Assembly: GCA_965261595.1 (NCBI GenBank)
Contig: CBDHDG010000006.1
Location: forward strand, 416,001-480,000
Direction: 5' to 3'
DNA length: 64,000 nt
From: a bacterium
Lineage (GTDB): Bacteria > UBA8248 > JACPRG01 > G963555815
The notes below the pieces were generated by a model. It searched no databases. It saw only the letters and a list, made by a program, of their open reading frames with translations, and had not been told where the DNA came from. The translations under genes were made by a program, and so were the position numbers. Shown here piece after piece: positions 10,665-19,735 of the stretch. Within the stretch, counting starts at the first letter, position 1. Every line of letters begins with the position of its first letter.

Positions 10665-11065
10665 CTCCTGCCGGCTAAAGGGCGGCCGGCCTCCAGGCGG
10701 TCGATCTTCTCCCGCAGGACCTCGCCCTCCATCGTGAGTTCGCCCACCTTGGCCTTGAGCCGGGCGTTCTCCTCGTCCCGCTCATCCGCCGGGCGGGCTT
10801 TGAGCGCCGCCTCGCCCCCGCGAAGGAACGCCTCGCGCCAGGCGGAAAGCCGAGCCGCTGTCGTGCCCAACTCGCGGCAGAGCGTCTCCAGGCTCTCGCC
10901 CCGCAAAAGACGCAGGACCGCCTCCCGCTTGCGCTGGCAGGAGAACCGACCCCGCTCACTGCGATGCCCTGGGGCCTTGGCTCCGTTCGCCCTACGGGCG
11001 CCCTCCGCCAAAGCCCCCTCTTGCTTTTGTTCGTTCATCGCGACACCCCTTTCTCCATGAATCAT
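10652..11065 (-). CDS. IS3-family transposase OrfA (HTH)
   Basis: RKREAVLRLLRGESLETLCRELG...W, followed by leucine-zipper-like RLKAKVGELTM. True start may be 11038. Confidence 0.85.
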   Translation of the reverse strand: MIHGERGVAMNEQKQEGALAEGARRANGAKAPGHRSERGRFSCQRKREAVLRLLRGESLETLCRELGTTAARLSAWREAFLRGGEAALKARPADERDEENARLKAKVGELTMEGEVLREKIDRLEAGRPLAGRRWRR

Positions 11066-11239
11066 GGATCAATCGAGTGTCCAACAAAACCCTAGAGCGG
11101 GGGACAAGATTGAAATCATACAAGGTGTATCGGCTAATTCACATTGTACCGCATGCGGGCGCTCATCCGGACTCCGCCCATCGGATTCACTGCCAGAGGT
11201 CCGTGGTTGACAAGATCCGTCCAACCCGGTTAGAGTCAA

Positions 11240-11410
11240 CGGAGATTCCTGCCGAAAAGAGGGAACGCGGTGGTTCGGTTCAACCGAAGAATCCGCGGCT
11301 GCCCCGCAACTGTAAACGGGAACGAAACCCGCATCCGCCACTGCCCGACCCGGGTGGGAAGGCGCGGGAAGTAGGACGACCCGTGAGCCAGGAGACCTCT
11401 GCTGGCATGG
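11240..11410 (+). promoter_or_regulatory. Cobalamin (B12) riboswitch
   Basis: AAGAGGGAAcgcGGTG...AATCCGCGGCTGCCCCGCAACTGTAA...GCCACTG...GGGAAGG...GAGCCAGGAGACCT (B12 box), upstream of btuF-like and tonB genes. Confidence 0.92.
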
Positions 11411-11452
11411 CCTGCGATGAATCCTTCCGAGGGGAAGGGGCAGGACGTGACC

Positions 11453-11998
11453 ATGGTTTCACCCACCAAAATCCCATTCGGCGGAGCCGGCTCCCTAGTC
11501 GGCCGCTCCCGGCAGTTGTTCATCCTGCCGCCGGTCGCGCTTTTTCCGCTTCTCCTCGCCTTCCAGCTTCAACGCTCGATCCGCTCGCTTCCGCCCGTCT
11601 GTCCCGCGTCCGATTCGAAGCCGGCCCGGATCGTCAGCCTCACGCTGGGAACGGATGAGATCCTCCTCGATCTCGTGAACCCCCGGCGCATCCGGGCCCT
11701 GACCTACATCTCCGTTCTCCCCGATTATTCCAACATCGTCGAGCGGGCGCGCGCGGTCTCCCGACACACGGCCGGAAGCGTCGAGGAGATCATCCGCCTC
11801 CGCCCCGACTTCATCCTGGCGTCATCCATCAACAACGCGGAGAAACTTGAATCTCTTCAGGCGTTGGGCTGCCGGGTGCTCACCGTCTCGGGCTTCGAAT
11901 CCATCGCGGGGGTCCGCCGGAACGTGATGAAAGTCGCCGCCGCCCTCGGCGAGACCGTCCCGGGGGGAACCTGGATGGAATTCGGCCGCCGGAAGTAG
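11453..11998 (+). pseudogene. btuF: Cobalamin ABC transporter substrate-binding protein, C-terminally truncated
   Basis: RIVSLTLGTDEIL, EEIIRLRPD motifs. Only ~180 aa; stops after the N-lobe and linker helix. Confidence 0.65.
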
Positions 11999-12055
11999 GG
12001 ACGGGGACGCGCGGATCCGGAACGGCGTTCAAAGGGGAGGAATTCCGGCTCGATC

Positions 12056-13009
12056 ATGCGAAGCCGAACGATGTGGAAGATGCTCGCTGTCTCCGCCGGG
12101 TTCCACGCCCTGGCTATCCCCTGGGCCGCCGGGCGGATGGAGATCCACGCGCCCGGGGCGCCGCGCGCGTCCCGGGTCCGCGTAACCCTGGAGTCGATCC
12201 CCGCCGTCCGCGAAATTCAGGCCGCCCCAAAAACTGAACCGCCCGGTCCCGCGTTTCGCAAAAGACGCGCCCCCCCTCTGTCCCCCCTCCCCCCACCGCC
12301 CCATGTGGTCCAGGCGGTTCGTCCGGCGGCCCGGGCGACCCGGGCGACGCCGGAGCCCGGCCGGCCGAAGGAGTTCCGGCCGCCCGCCCCGGCGCGGCGC
12401 AAGCCAATCCCGCGCGCGATGAAAAGGCCACAGCGCGCTCAGCCGCCGGCCGCGTCCATGTCACTGCCGCCCGACCCTTTGAGGGCGGCCTCGCTGCCTG
12501 AAAGGCCGGCCCGGTGGACGTACGCGTCCCCTCCGGAGCCCCGGCGCCGGGCCGAGCCGCCCGGTCCGGTCCGGAGCGCGGGGGCGTCCGTCCCCCCCCT
12601 TTCTCTCCTCTCCACCCTCCCCCCCCTCAGCATGTCAAAAACCAAGGCCCCTCTCCGTGTCCAACCGGCCGGCGCGGCGACCCTCGAATCGTCCGTCCGG
12701 CGAAGCCTTTCCGGCGCGGGCGTACGCGGGAGAACACCGTTTCGGCTCCGCGCTTTGAGCCGGACGGCGCCCGTCTATCCGGCTGAAGCCCGAAAGAACG
12801 GCGTCGAGGGAACCGTCCTCCTTCGGCTGAAGATCCTTTTGGACGGCCGGGTGGGGAAGGTCGAAGTGACTCGATCCTCCGGCTCCCGGCTTTTGGATCG
12901 GGCCGCGTCCCGATCCGCCTCCTCCTGGCGATTCGCCTTCGACGGCGACCCGCCGCCGTTCGGTGCCTGGGCGAAGATCCCCGTGCGCTTCAAGATCGTC
13001 GGACGCTGA
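12056..13009 (+). CDS. tonB: Energy transducer TonB
   Basis: N-terminal TM with S...H, Pro-rich linker, C-terminal PVYP.EA...GVEGTV, SSG...LD.AA...WRF, IPVRF. Confidence 0.88.
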   Translation: MRSRTMWKMLAVSAGFHALAIPWAAGRMEIHAPGAPRASRVRVTLESIPAVREIQAAPKTEPPGPAFRKRRAPPLSPLPPPPHVVQAVRPAARATRATPEPGRPKEFRPPAPARRKPIPRAMKRPQRAQPPAASMSLPPDPLRAASLPERPARWTYASPPEPRRRAEPPGPVRSAGASVPPLSLLSTLPPLSMSKTKAPLRVQPAGAATLESSVRRSLSGAGVRGRTPFRLRALSRTAPVYPAEARKNGVEGTVLLRLKILLDGRVGKVEVTRSSGSRLLDRAASRSASSWRFAFDGDPPPFGAWAKIPVRFKIVGR

Positions 13010-13153
13010 CCGCCGGTTCCCGGCGGACCTTCCCGAAGCCCCGCTCACCCGACCTCGCGGACAGATCATTGCGCGCTGGAACGCCCTGATTCATCGCCGA
13101 CATGATCCAGGTCATACAACTGTTACAAGGCGTAACACATATTAAGCGGTGTT

Positions 13154-13660
13154 ATGAAACCTAACACCGGACAAGAGAGCCCCAAGACATTTCGCCCCGG
13201 CGCCGAGGGCCTCAAGCGGGTCTTGGGGGATTTGGAGGCGGACATCATGGAATTCGTCTGGAGCGCCGAAGAGTGTCCGCCCGCAAGGGAAGTCAGCGTC
13301 CGGGACGTGATGAACGGCCTGGGGTCCACTCGCGCCCCCGCCTACGCCACGGTCAAAACGGTCATGAACCGGCTCGTTGAGAAAAGTTATCTCATCCGCC
13401 GGAAAGAAGACCGCGCCTATGTCTACCAACCCCCGCTGAATCGGCTGGAGTTCTGGAGAAGGGTGTGCGGAGCGGTTCTCCAGGGTTTGATGGAGGGATT
13501 GGATCGCGGGCTGGTCCTTGCGCATCTGGTCGAGACGGTCACGGAAGAAAACGTGGAGAACCTCGACCGCCTTGCGGCCCTCGTCGAGGCCAAGCGCCGG
13601 GAGTTGCGGCAAGGGATGATTCGGCGGAGCAGGACGGGGGCCGGCACAGGTCTCCGATGA
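13154..13660 (+). CDS. BlaI/MecI/CopY family transcriptional regulator
   Basis: LGDLEADIMEFVW, AYATVKTVMNRLVEKSYL.R......YVY motifs. Confidence 0.9.
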   Translation: MKPNTGQESPKTFRPGAEGLKRVLGDLEADIMEFVWSAEECPPAREVSVRDVMNGLGSTRAPAYATVKTVMNRLVEKSYLIRRKEDRAYVYQPPLNRLEFWRRVCGAVLQGLMEGLDRGLVLAHLVETVTEENVENLDRLAALVEAKRRELRQGMIRRSRTGAGTGLR

Positions 13661-13763
13661 GGAAAGGGTTCCCGGTGGAGAGAGTGGGCATGGGCCCGGC
13701 CCGGTAGCCCTTTATTTTGGCGCGGATGTGTTACACCGCGCCACAGACAAGGAGGAACAAGCC

Positions 13764-14254
13764 ATGAAAAAGGCGCTTGTGATCGGTTTGGCCGTCGTTC
13801 TCGGCATCGGGCTGATCGGGTACGCCGTCGCGGACCCCGACCACGGGCGGGGACGAGGGATGGGTTACGGACCGGGCTGGATGCAGAAAGGTGGCGGCTA
13901 CGGTCCCGGCTGGATGCACCGCGGTTCCGGCTATGGCCCGGCTGGATGCGGCAAGGACCGGGGCAGGGACGCTCGGGCGGACCCGGCTGGATGCACCGCG
14001 GCCCCGGAGTTGGACTCGGGTTCAACCCATGCGGGCAGCTCCCGGGGAAACCGGCCGGTGAGAAGCTGACAAAGGAGAAGGCCGAGACCCTCGTCAAACG
14101 GCAACTGGCCCGGATCGGAAACCCGAACATCAAACTCAGCGCGGTGAAGGAGGAAGCGACCCGCTTCACGGCCGAGATCGTCACGAAAGAGAACTCCCTG
14201 GTGGACCGTCTCCAAATCGACAAGGAGACCGGTTTCATCCGACCGATCCGCTGA
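13764..14254 (+). CDS. Exported Gly/Met/His-rich protein with GYGPGWM repeats and PepSY-like C-terminus, frameshifted near 13937-13942
   Basis: RBS AAGGAGG, signal peptide, repeated G(Y)GPGWM. One missing C in tatggcccggctgg would join it to the 13946..14254 frame (GNPNIKL...AEIVTKENSLVDRLQIDKETG). Confidence 0.7.
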
Positions 14255-14800
14255 ATGAGAAAGGCCCCGGGGGGGGATGGTTGAGTCATCGCCCCCTGGG
14301 ACTCCCCCCCCCTCCCCTCTCCTCCATCCCCTCCCCCAACACATTCATTGGGCAAAAAAGGCGAGTAACCGCCGACGCGCGCGCCTCCGCGGCGACCCCA
14401 ATCGTGTCTCGATGAAAAATGGAAGCACAACAGGCCGCAATGAAGGGCCGGGTGCATCGCCTCGGCCGGCGACGGTCATGCCGGGATTTTGCGGGTTTGA
14501 CGCTCTGTTGACAATCCCGGTGGAAGGGATTCAAATGGCTTTATGGGTCCATGGCGGTCAGGGAGGGAACGTTCCCGGATTTAAAATGGGAAACTCCCAC
14601 TATCCTGTCTAGTGAAACCGCCTGTTCAGAAATTCCGGGAAGACGGCGGGTCAGAAAACGGGTACCCGCACGGAATCTTCGCACGTCTGAAAACTCGGCG
14701 GGGAAGATCGACGCACCAGAGCTTGCAATGACGAATGAGAAGGAAGTCGAAAAGAGCGATTGAGAATTGCCGGACATTTACATCTCCGGAGAAAGAGGCG

Positions 14801-17170
14801 ATGAGTCTACCGGTAGAGGACGTGAAAGCGCTCAAGTGGGTCGGGAAAAGCGTACCGCGAGAGGACGGGGCTCAAAAGGCGACCGGTCAAGGGGTTTTCG
14901 CCACAGACATACACCTTCCCAGGATGTTGTACGGGAAATATCACCGAAGCAAATTCGCCCACGCGAAAATTCTGAACATCGATCTCTCAAAGGCCCTCAA
15001 AGTTCCAGGCGTGAAGGGCATCATCACGGCGAAGGACTGTCCGAAAGACGAGGCCGGAAATCTTCTGCGATTCGGACCGTATATGCAGGACGGGGTCATC
15101 TTCGCGCACAAAAAGGCCCGCTACATCGGGGAGCCGATTGCGGCCATCGCGGCGGCGGACGAGGACACCGCGGCGGAAGCGGCCGAGTTGATCGACGTCG
15201 ATTACGAGCAGCTCCCGGCGGTCTTTGATCCCATGGAAGCCATGCGTCCCGACGCCCCCATCATCCACGAGGATCTGGAACAATACCTGACCAATCCCGG
15301 CCTGGAGCCCATCCGCTCCGGAAACGTTTTGGCCAAGATCCGCATCCTCAGGGGGGACCCGGAGAAGGCGTTTCAGGAAGCTGATCATGTTATGGAACAA
15401 AAGTTCCGGACCACGACGCATCATCAGGGCTACATGGAGCCTCACGCCGCGCTCGCCCAAGTGGAGGCGGACGGAAAGGTCACGGTTTGGACAAGCACCC
15501 AGTCGGTGTCCACCATCCGGATGCAGCTGTTGCAAACGCTGCTTTTGTCACCCGGCGGGATTCGGGTCATCGCGCCGTTCATCGGCGGGGGGTTCGGCGG
15601 AAAGGTGGATTTGCGCGTAGAGCCGCACGCCATCCTCTTGGCCCGGAAAACGGGCCGGCCGGTGAAACTCGTTCTGACGCGGGAGGAAGAGTTTATCTCC
15701 GGAAATCCCCGGCACCCCTTTTCCGTCGAGTACAAGACCGCCGCCAAGAAGGACGGCCGGATCACCGCCCGACAATTCAATTTCATCGTCGACTCCGGGG
15801 CGTACGCCACCCATGGGCCGGGGGTGACGGAATTCGCCATATTGCACGGTCAAGGCCCCTACGCCATCGCGAATGTCGGCGTGGAGGCGCGGTTGGTCTA
15901 CACCAACAAGCTCCCGTTCGGGGCGTACAGGGGGTACGGCGGCCCCCAGATTCATTACGCGGGTGAATCCCAATTGGACGCGCTCGCGGAAACCCTCGGC
16001 ATGGATCCCGTCGAGCTCCGAATGAAGAACGCCATCACCGGGAAAGACCGCGTGTTGACCGGCCAGCCCGTCCCCCACGCTGCTTTCAAAGAGACGCTTC
16101 GCCGGGCGGCGGAGAGCGCCGGCTGGGATTGGGAAAACAACACGAAGCCCGTTTACAAACCCGGGGATCCCAGGAAAAAGAAGGGGATCGGCGTCGCCTC
16201 GATGCAGCACGTGAGCGCCATTTTCACCTCCGCGGCTCTCATGAAGATGGACATCGGCGGGTCCATCACGATCCTGACGGGCGGGTCGGAGGTGGGCGGA
16301 GGGCAGCGGACCGTCCTGTCGCAAATCGCCGCCGAGGCCTTGGGGGTTCCTCTCGAAAATATCTCCATTGTCATGTCCGACACCCTCACGACGGCCTATG
16401 ACTGGGCGACGGACGCCAGCCGGACCACTTACAATACGGGCAACGCCATCCTGCGCGCCGCGGCCGAGGTCAAAGAGCGTTTCCTGGAAATCGCGGGTGC
16501 GATGCTGGAGGCGGACCCGAAGGACTTGGAGATGGAGGACGGCGAGGTGTACGTCCAAAGCGCCCCCGACCGCAAAGCCACGTACAACGATGTGGTCATG
16601 TTCGGTCTTTACGCCGACGGCGGGGCGATCATGGGGAGGGGGTCCTTCTTTCAAAAGCTCGAATACGACGCCCCCAAAGACCTGAAAATCGAGGGGTGGC
16701 ACGATGCGGGGTTGTACTCGACATTCATTTACGCCACGCAAATCGCCGAGGTGGAGGTGGACACCGAGACCGGCCAAGTGGAAGTCATCGGCCTTCATTC
16801 CGCCCACGACGTCGGCAAGGCCATCAGCAAGGCGGGGTGCGAAGGTCAGATCGAAGGGGCGGCGGCGATCGGGACCGGCTGGCTGTTCTCCGAGGAGATC
16901 ATTTTCGAGGAAGGCGCCGTGACCAACCCGACGCTCCTCGACTACAAGCTCCCCACCAGTCTCGACGCGCCGAAAGTCCGATCCCTTCTCGTGGAAGAGG
17001 CGGACCCTTCGGGTCCGTACGGGGCCAAAGGAATCGGCGAACCGTCGTTGGTTCCGACCGCCGCGGCCGTCGCCAACGCGATTTACGACGCCGTCGGGGT
17101 TCGAATCAACACCATGCCATTCACCGCGGACCGGGTCTTGGCCGCCCTCGAGGCGCGAGACGGCTCATAA
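14801..17170 (+). CDS. Xanthine dehydrogenase family molybdopterin-binding large subunit (no adjacent FAD/FeS subunit genes)
   Basis: GKSVPREDG, MEPH, GGGFGGK, GAYRGYGGPQ, GQIEG, PYGAKGIGE motifs. Confidence 0.95.
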   Translation: MSLPVEDVKALKWVGKSVPREDGAQKATGQGVFATDIHLPRMLYGKYHRSKFAHAKILNIDLSKALKVPGVKGIITAKDCPKDEAGNLLRFGPYMQDGVIFAHKKARYIGEPIAAIAAADEDTAAEAAELIDVDYEQLPAVFDPMEAMRPDAPIIHEDLEQYLTNPGLEPIRSGNVLAKIRILRGDPEKAFQEADHVMEQKFRTTTHHQGYMEPHAALAQVEADGKVTVWTSTQSVSTIRMQLLQTLLLSPGGIRVIAPFIGGGFGGKVDLRVEPHAILLARKTGRPVKLVLTREEEFISGNPRHPFSVEYKTAAKKDGRITARQFNFIVDSGAYATHGPGVTEFAILHGQGPYAIANVGVEARLVYTNKLPFGAYRGYGGPQIHYAGESQLDALAETLGMDPVELRMKNAITGKDRVLTGQPVPHAAFKETLRRAAESAGWDWENNTKPVYKPGDPRKKKGIGVASMQHVSAIFTSAALMKMDIGGSITILTGGSEVGGGQRTVLSQIAAEALGVPLENISIVMSDTLTTAYDWATDASRTTYNTGNAILRAAAEVKERFLEIAGAMLEADPKDLEMEDGEVYVQSAPDRKATYNDVVMFGLYADGGAIMGRGSFFQKLEYDAPKDLKIEGWHDAGLYSTFIYATQIAEVEVDTETGQVEVIGLHSAHDVGKAISKAGCEGQIEGAAAIGTGWLFSEEIIFEEGAVTNPTLLDYKLPTSLDAPKVRSLLVEEADPSGPYGAKGIGEPSLVPTAAAVANAIYDAVGVRINTMPFTADRVLAALEARDGS

Positions 17171-17241
17171 GCTTCGGGGATTCCGCGCTTTCTGAGCGTA
17201 AGATGAAGAACCTTTATTATGCTGGCAAAAAGGAGGGGACC

Positions 17242-18252
17242 ATGAGCACACAGGCATTGTGGAGGCGGGCGTTCGGTTTTGTGTTGGCGGGCGCATTGGT
17301 GATGGGGTGGATGGCCGGCCCCGCGGGGGCGGCCAAGCCGGTCAATAAGATCCGCGTTGCCATCGGCCACAATGGGGCCATTCGGGACATGGGTTGGTAC
17401 GCAAGCGGAAATCAGGGCGCCATGTCGCTGAAAAAAGACCCCGGCGTAGCGGAGGTCACATGGCAGGAGAACATCAAACTCCCCGACCTCGAAGGGGTCA
17501 TGCGGCGATGGGCGGTTGACGGATACGACCTCATCATCGGTCACAGCTTCGAATTCGGCGAGCCCGCCCGGAAGCTGGCACCTCAGTTCCCCAACACCGT
17601 CTTTGCCGTCCCTTACTTCTTCAAACTCAAGGGACATCCCAACCTCGTCACCTACGGGGTCCAGTCCGAGGGTGCGACCTTCATGGCCGGCGCGCTCGCC
17701 GCGCTGATGAGTAAGAGCAAGAAGATCGGCTACATGAGCGGGTTCCCCATTCCCCAAACCATTTCACAGCACAACCTCTTCAAGCGGGGCGCGCGGGCGG
17801 GCGTTCCGGATATCCAGATCCCGAGGGTGTTCGTCGACAGCTGGTCGGATGCCAACAAAACCAAGGAGGCCGCCATCGCCATGATCGACCAGGGAGTGGA
17901 CGTGCTCTATGCGACCCACAGCCCGGGGTTGCTCGGGGGGGTGCTGGCGGCGGAGGAAAAGGGTATCTTCGCCATCGGGAGCTACTTTGACCTCCGTAAG
18001 TTCGCGCCGAAAACCATTCTCACCAGTGTGGAGTTCGTGTGGAGCACCCCCATGAAGCAGATGGTCCTGGACCTCGCGAAGGGGAAGGTCAAGAAGGTTA
18101 ATATGGTCGGTATAGCGGGGGGAGGAGCGAGATTGGCGCCGTTCCACTCCAAGATCCCTTCCGACGTCATCCGAAAGGTCCGCGCCTTCGAGAAAGACAT
18201 CCTCGCCGGCAAGATCAAGGTGCCCTTCGATGGCAACAAGCTGCTCGATTGA
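17242..18252 (+). CDS. BMP-family ABC substrate-binding protein (nucleoside/purine type)
   Basis: RBS AGGAGG, signal peptide, D.GW, GYDLIIGHSF, AGALAALMSKSKKIG, SWSD..K.KEAA..MIDQG.DV. Confidence 0.88.
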   Translation: MSTQALWRRAFGFVLAGALVMGWMAGPAGAAKPVNKIRVAIGHNGAIRDMGWYASGNQGAMSLKKDPGVAEVTWQENIKLPDLEGVMRRWAVDGYDLIIGHSFEFGEPARKLAPQFPNTVFAVPYFFKLKGHPNLVTYGVQSEGATFMAGALAALMSKSKKIGYMSGFPIPQTISQHNLFKRGARAGVPDIQIPRVFVDSWSDANKTKEAAIAMIDQGVDVLYATHSPGLLGGVLAAEEKGIFAIGSYFDLRKFAPKTILTSVEFVWSTPMKQMVLDLAKGKVKKVNMVGIAGGGARLAPFHSKIPSDVIRKVRAFEKDILAGKIKVPFDGNKLLD

Positions 18253-18547
18253 CGCGGCGCTGTTCCAACGCTGACCAAGCGGCATCGGATTGGGCGGGCG
18301 GGTGCGGAATCGCATTCGCCCGCCGCCTCTTTCAACGAATGTCTCACCCCCCCCCCAGCGGGCGCGGGTGTGTCGAAGATTTTGAAGGGGTTCACAGCCG
18401 AACGCGGAGAAGGCGAAGGGGCCGGGTTTTATCTTTTCACCCGGGAAGAGATAGGGGCGTTCAAAGGGGCGCAACAGTAGACGACCTCGAATTTCTCGCC
18501 TTTGAAATCGTCTTAAAGCATTGATAACCCATTGAATTCAAAGGGCT

Positions 18548-18600
18548 CCGGAGGCGGGATTCAAACCCGCACGGGCGCAAGACCCAGGGGATTTTAAGTC
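18548..18600 (-). repeat. Degenerate duplicate of the tRNA-Leu 3' half (att site)
   Basis: 49/53 nt identical to the intact tRNA (22139-22191), same orientation, beginning at the anticodon arm. Confidence 0.9.
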
Positions 18601-18837
18601 GCCAACAGGTTCATTCCCGCCTTCGGCGTAAACCCTTATGGTTGCAGGTAATTCCTGTTGAATCAATGGGTTACTAGGGTTTCTCTCATTGGGCGACATG
18701 GGGTGGAATGAGGCTGAATTTGTGCCCTTGGGGCATAATTCGGGCACACTCACCTATTGATCTACACCGAATTTACGGGGTCAAACCACCTTCCAATGTT
18801 TCGGCTAGGCCTTTGCGCGATCCGCTACAGGCGCTTG

Positions 18838-19248
18838 TTAGGCTGCCGAGTTCGGAACTGCCAGTCGAAGGGTTGCCGTCGCTGCAATCTCCTGCGCCTG
18901 TGACATCATCGCGTCTTTCGCTGCGGGCCAGTCAATTATGTTGCCATGCCGCTGAGGCGGTTCCTTGGATTCCACTCGAAGACCGACAGCCACAACGCTC
19001 TCAACTGAAAGATCGGCCCTACCACGAAGCGTCTTGCCGCGCGGTTGCGCAACATTGACCTCTCCGAGCTTCCATATTTTCCGTTCTTCTAGCCCTTGCA
19101 CACGGAAGATGGACGTTTTGCGATCAAGAGGGGCTGGGTGGAATACTCGCGGTTTCACCCGGTCAACTGAAGCGCTATAGTCGCTTTTTTGCAGAAGGTA
19201 GCGACTTATTGTCTCGCTAGGGGCGACTTCAGCGTCCAGACTAGGCAA
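18838..19248 (-). CDS. Hypothetical protein with putative ADP-ribosyltransferase/RES-like fold (candidate toxin)
   Basis: E.ISRY, F.P, TSIFR, RHGNI..W pattern (R-S-H spacing). Probable TTG start overlapping the upstream stop. Confidence 0.5.
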   Translation of the reverse strand: MPSLDAEVAPSETISRYLLQKSDYSASVDRVKPRVFHPAPLDRKTSIFRVQGLEERKIWKLGEVNVAQPRGKTLRGRADLSVESVVAVGLRVESKEPPQRHGNIIDWPAAKDAMMSQAQEIAATATLRLAVPNSAA

Positions 19249-19735
19249 CGAGACGCTCAAAACTTTCTGATATAACCAGCGGTAGAGCCTCGCGAAGAGG
19301 TTCTGTTCCATGGATTTTCCTGTAGCCAAATAGAGCAGCAAAAGTCAGGGTGCCATCCCTACCGACGCTAACTGAAAAGACGCGGCGACGTCCAAGGTCC
19401 CACTCAAACAAGATCTCTCCATCCGTATCTGCGTCTATTTCTGGGACTGGGATGGTGCTTGGAAGGAGCCTAAGGAATTGGCTGGCGTAGTCATATGTAC
19501 TCGGCTCAAACCTGGCCGATCCCTCCCCGTCCCAATCCTCGACCTGAGCAGTCTCGTAAGCTAAGCTGAGGGCTGCCTGCGCAGTACGCTTCTGCTCCCC
19601 AAAAGTAATGCTACCAGAGAACTCGGTAGCCTCGTAGGAGAGTCTGTCAAGAGACCGCGCCTCCTCGCTGAGCCCTCGACCAACCCAGGGGGTGAAACCG
19701 AAGCCTGTTGTCAGTGGAATGGCAGTAGTAGTCAT
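19241..19735 (-). CDS. Conserved hypothetical protein (DWDGEG motif), candidate antitoxin
   Basis: 164 aa ORF, ATGA-coupled to the upstream gene; WDGEG, FL..LP...P.PEI..D.DGEI.FEW. Confidence 0.6.
   Translation of the reverse strand: MTTTAIPLTTGFGFTPWVGRGLSEEARSLDRLSYEATEFSGSITFGEQKRTAQAALSLAYETAQVEDWDGEGSARFEPSTYDYASQFLRLLPSTIPVPEIDADTDGEILFEWDLGRRRVFSVSVGRDGTLTFAALFGYRKIHGTEPLREALPLVISESFERLVA

Larger units (their letters stand above)
9701..11104 (-). mobile_element. IS3-family insertion sequence
   Basis: orfA/orfB pair; imperfect terminal inverted repeats sharing GGACACTCG; CAAG direct repeat at 9697-9700 and 11105-11108. Confidence 0.85.

Noticed and set aside
18548..18600. Second functional tRNA-Leu(TAA)
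   Set aside because: No D arm or 5' acceptor strand, mutated T loop, no CCA.
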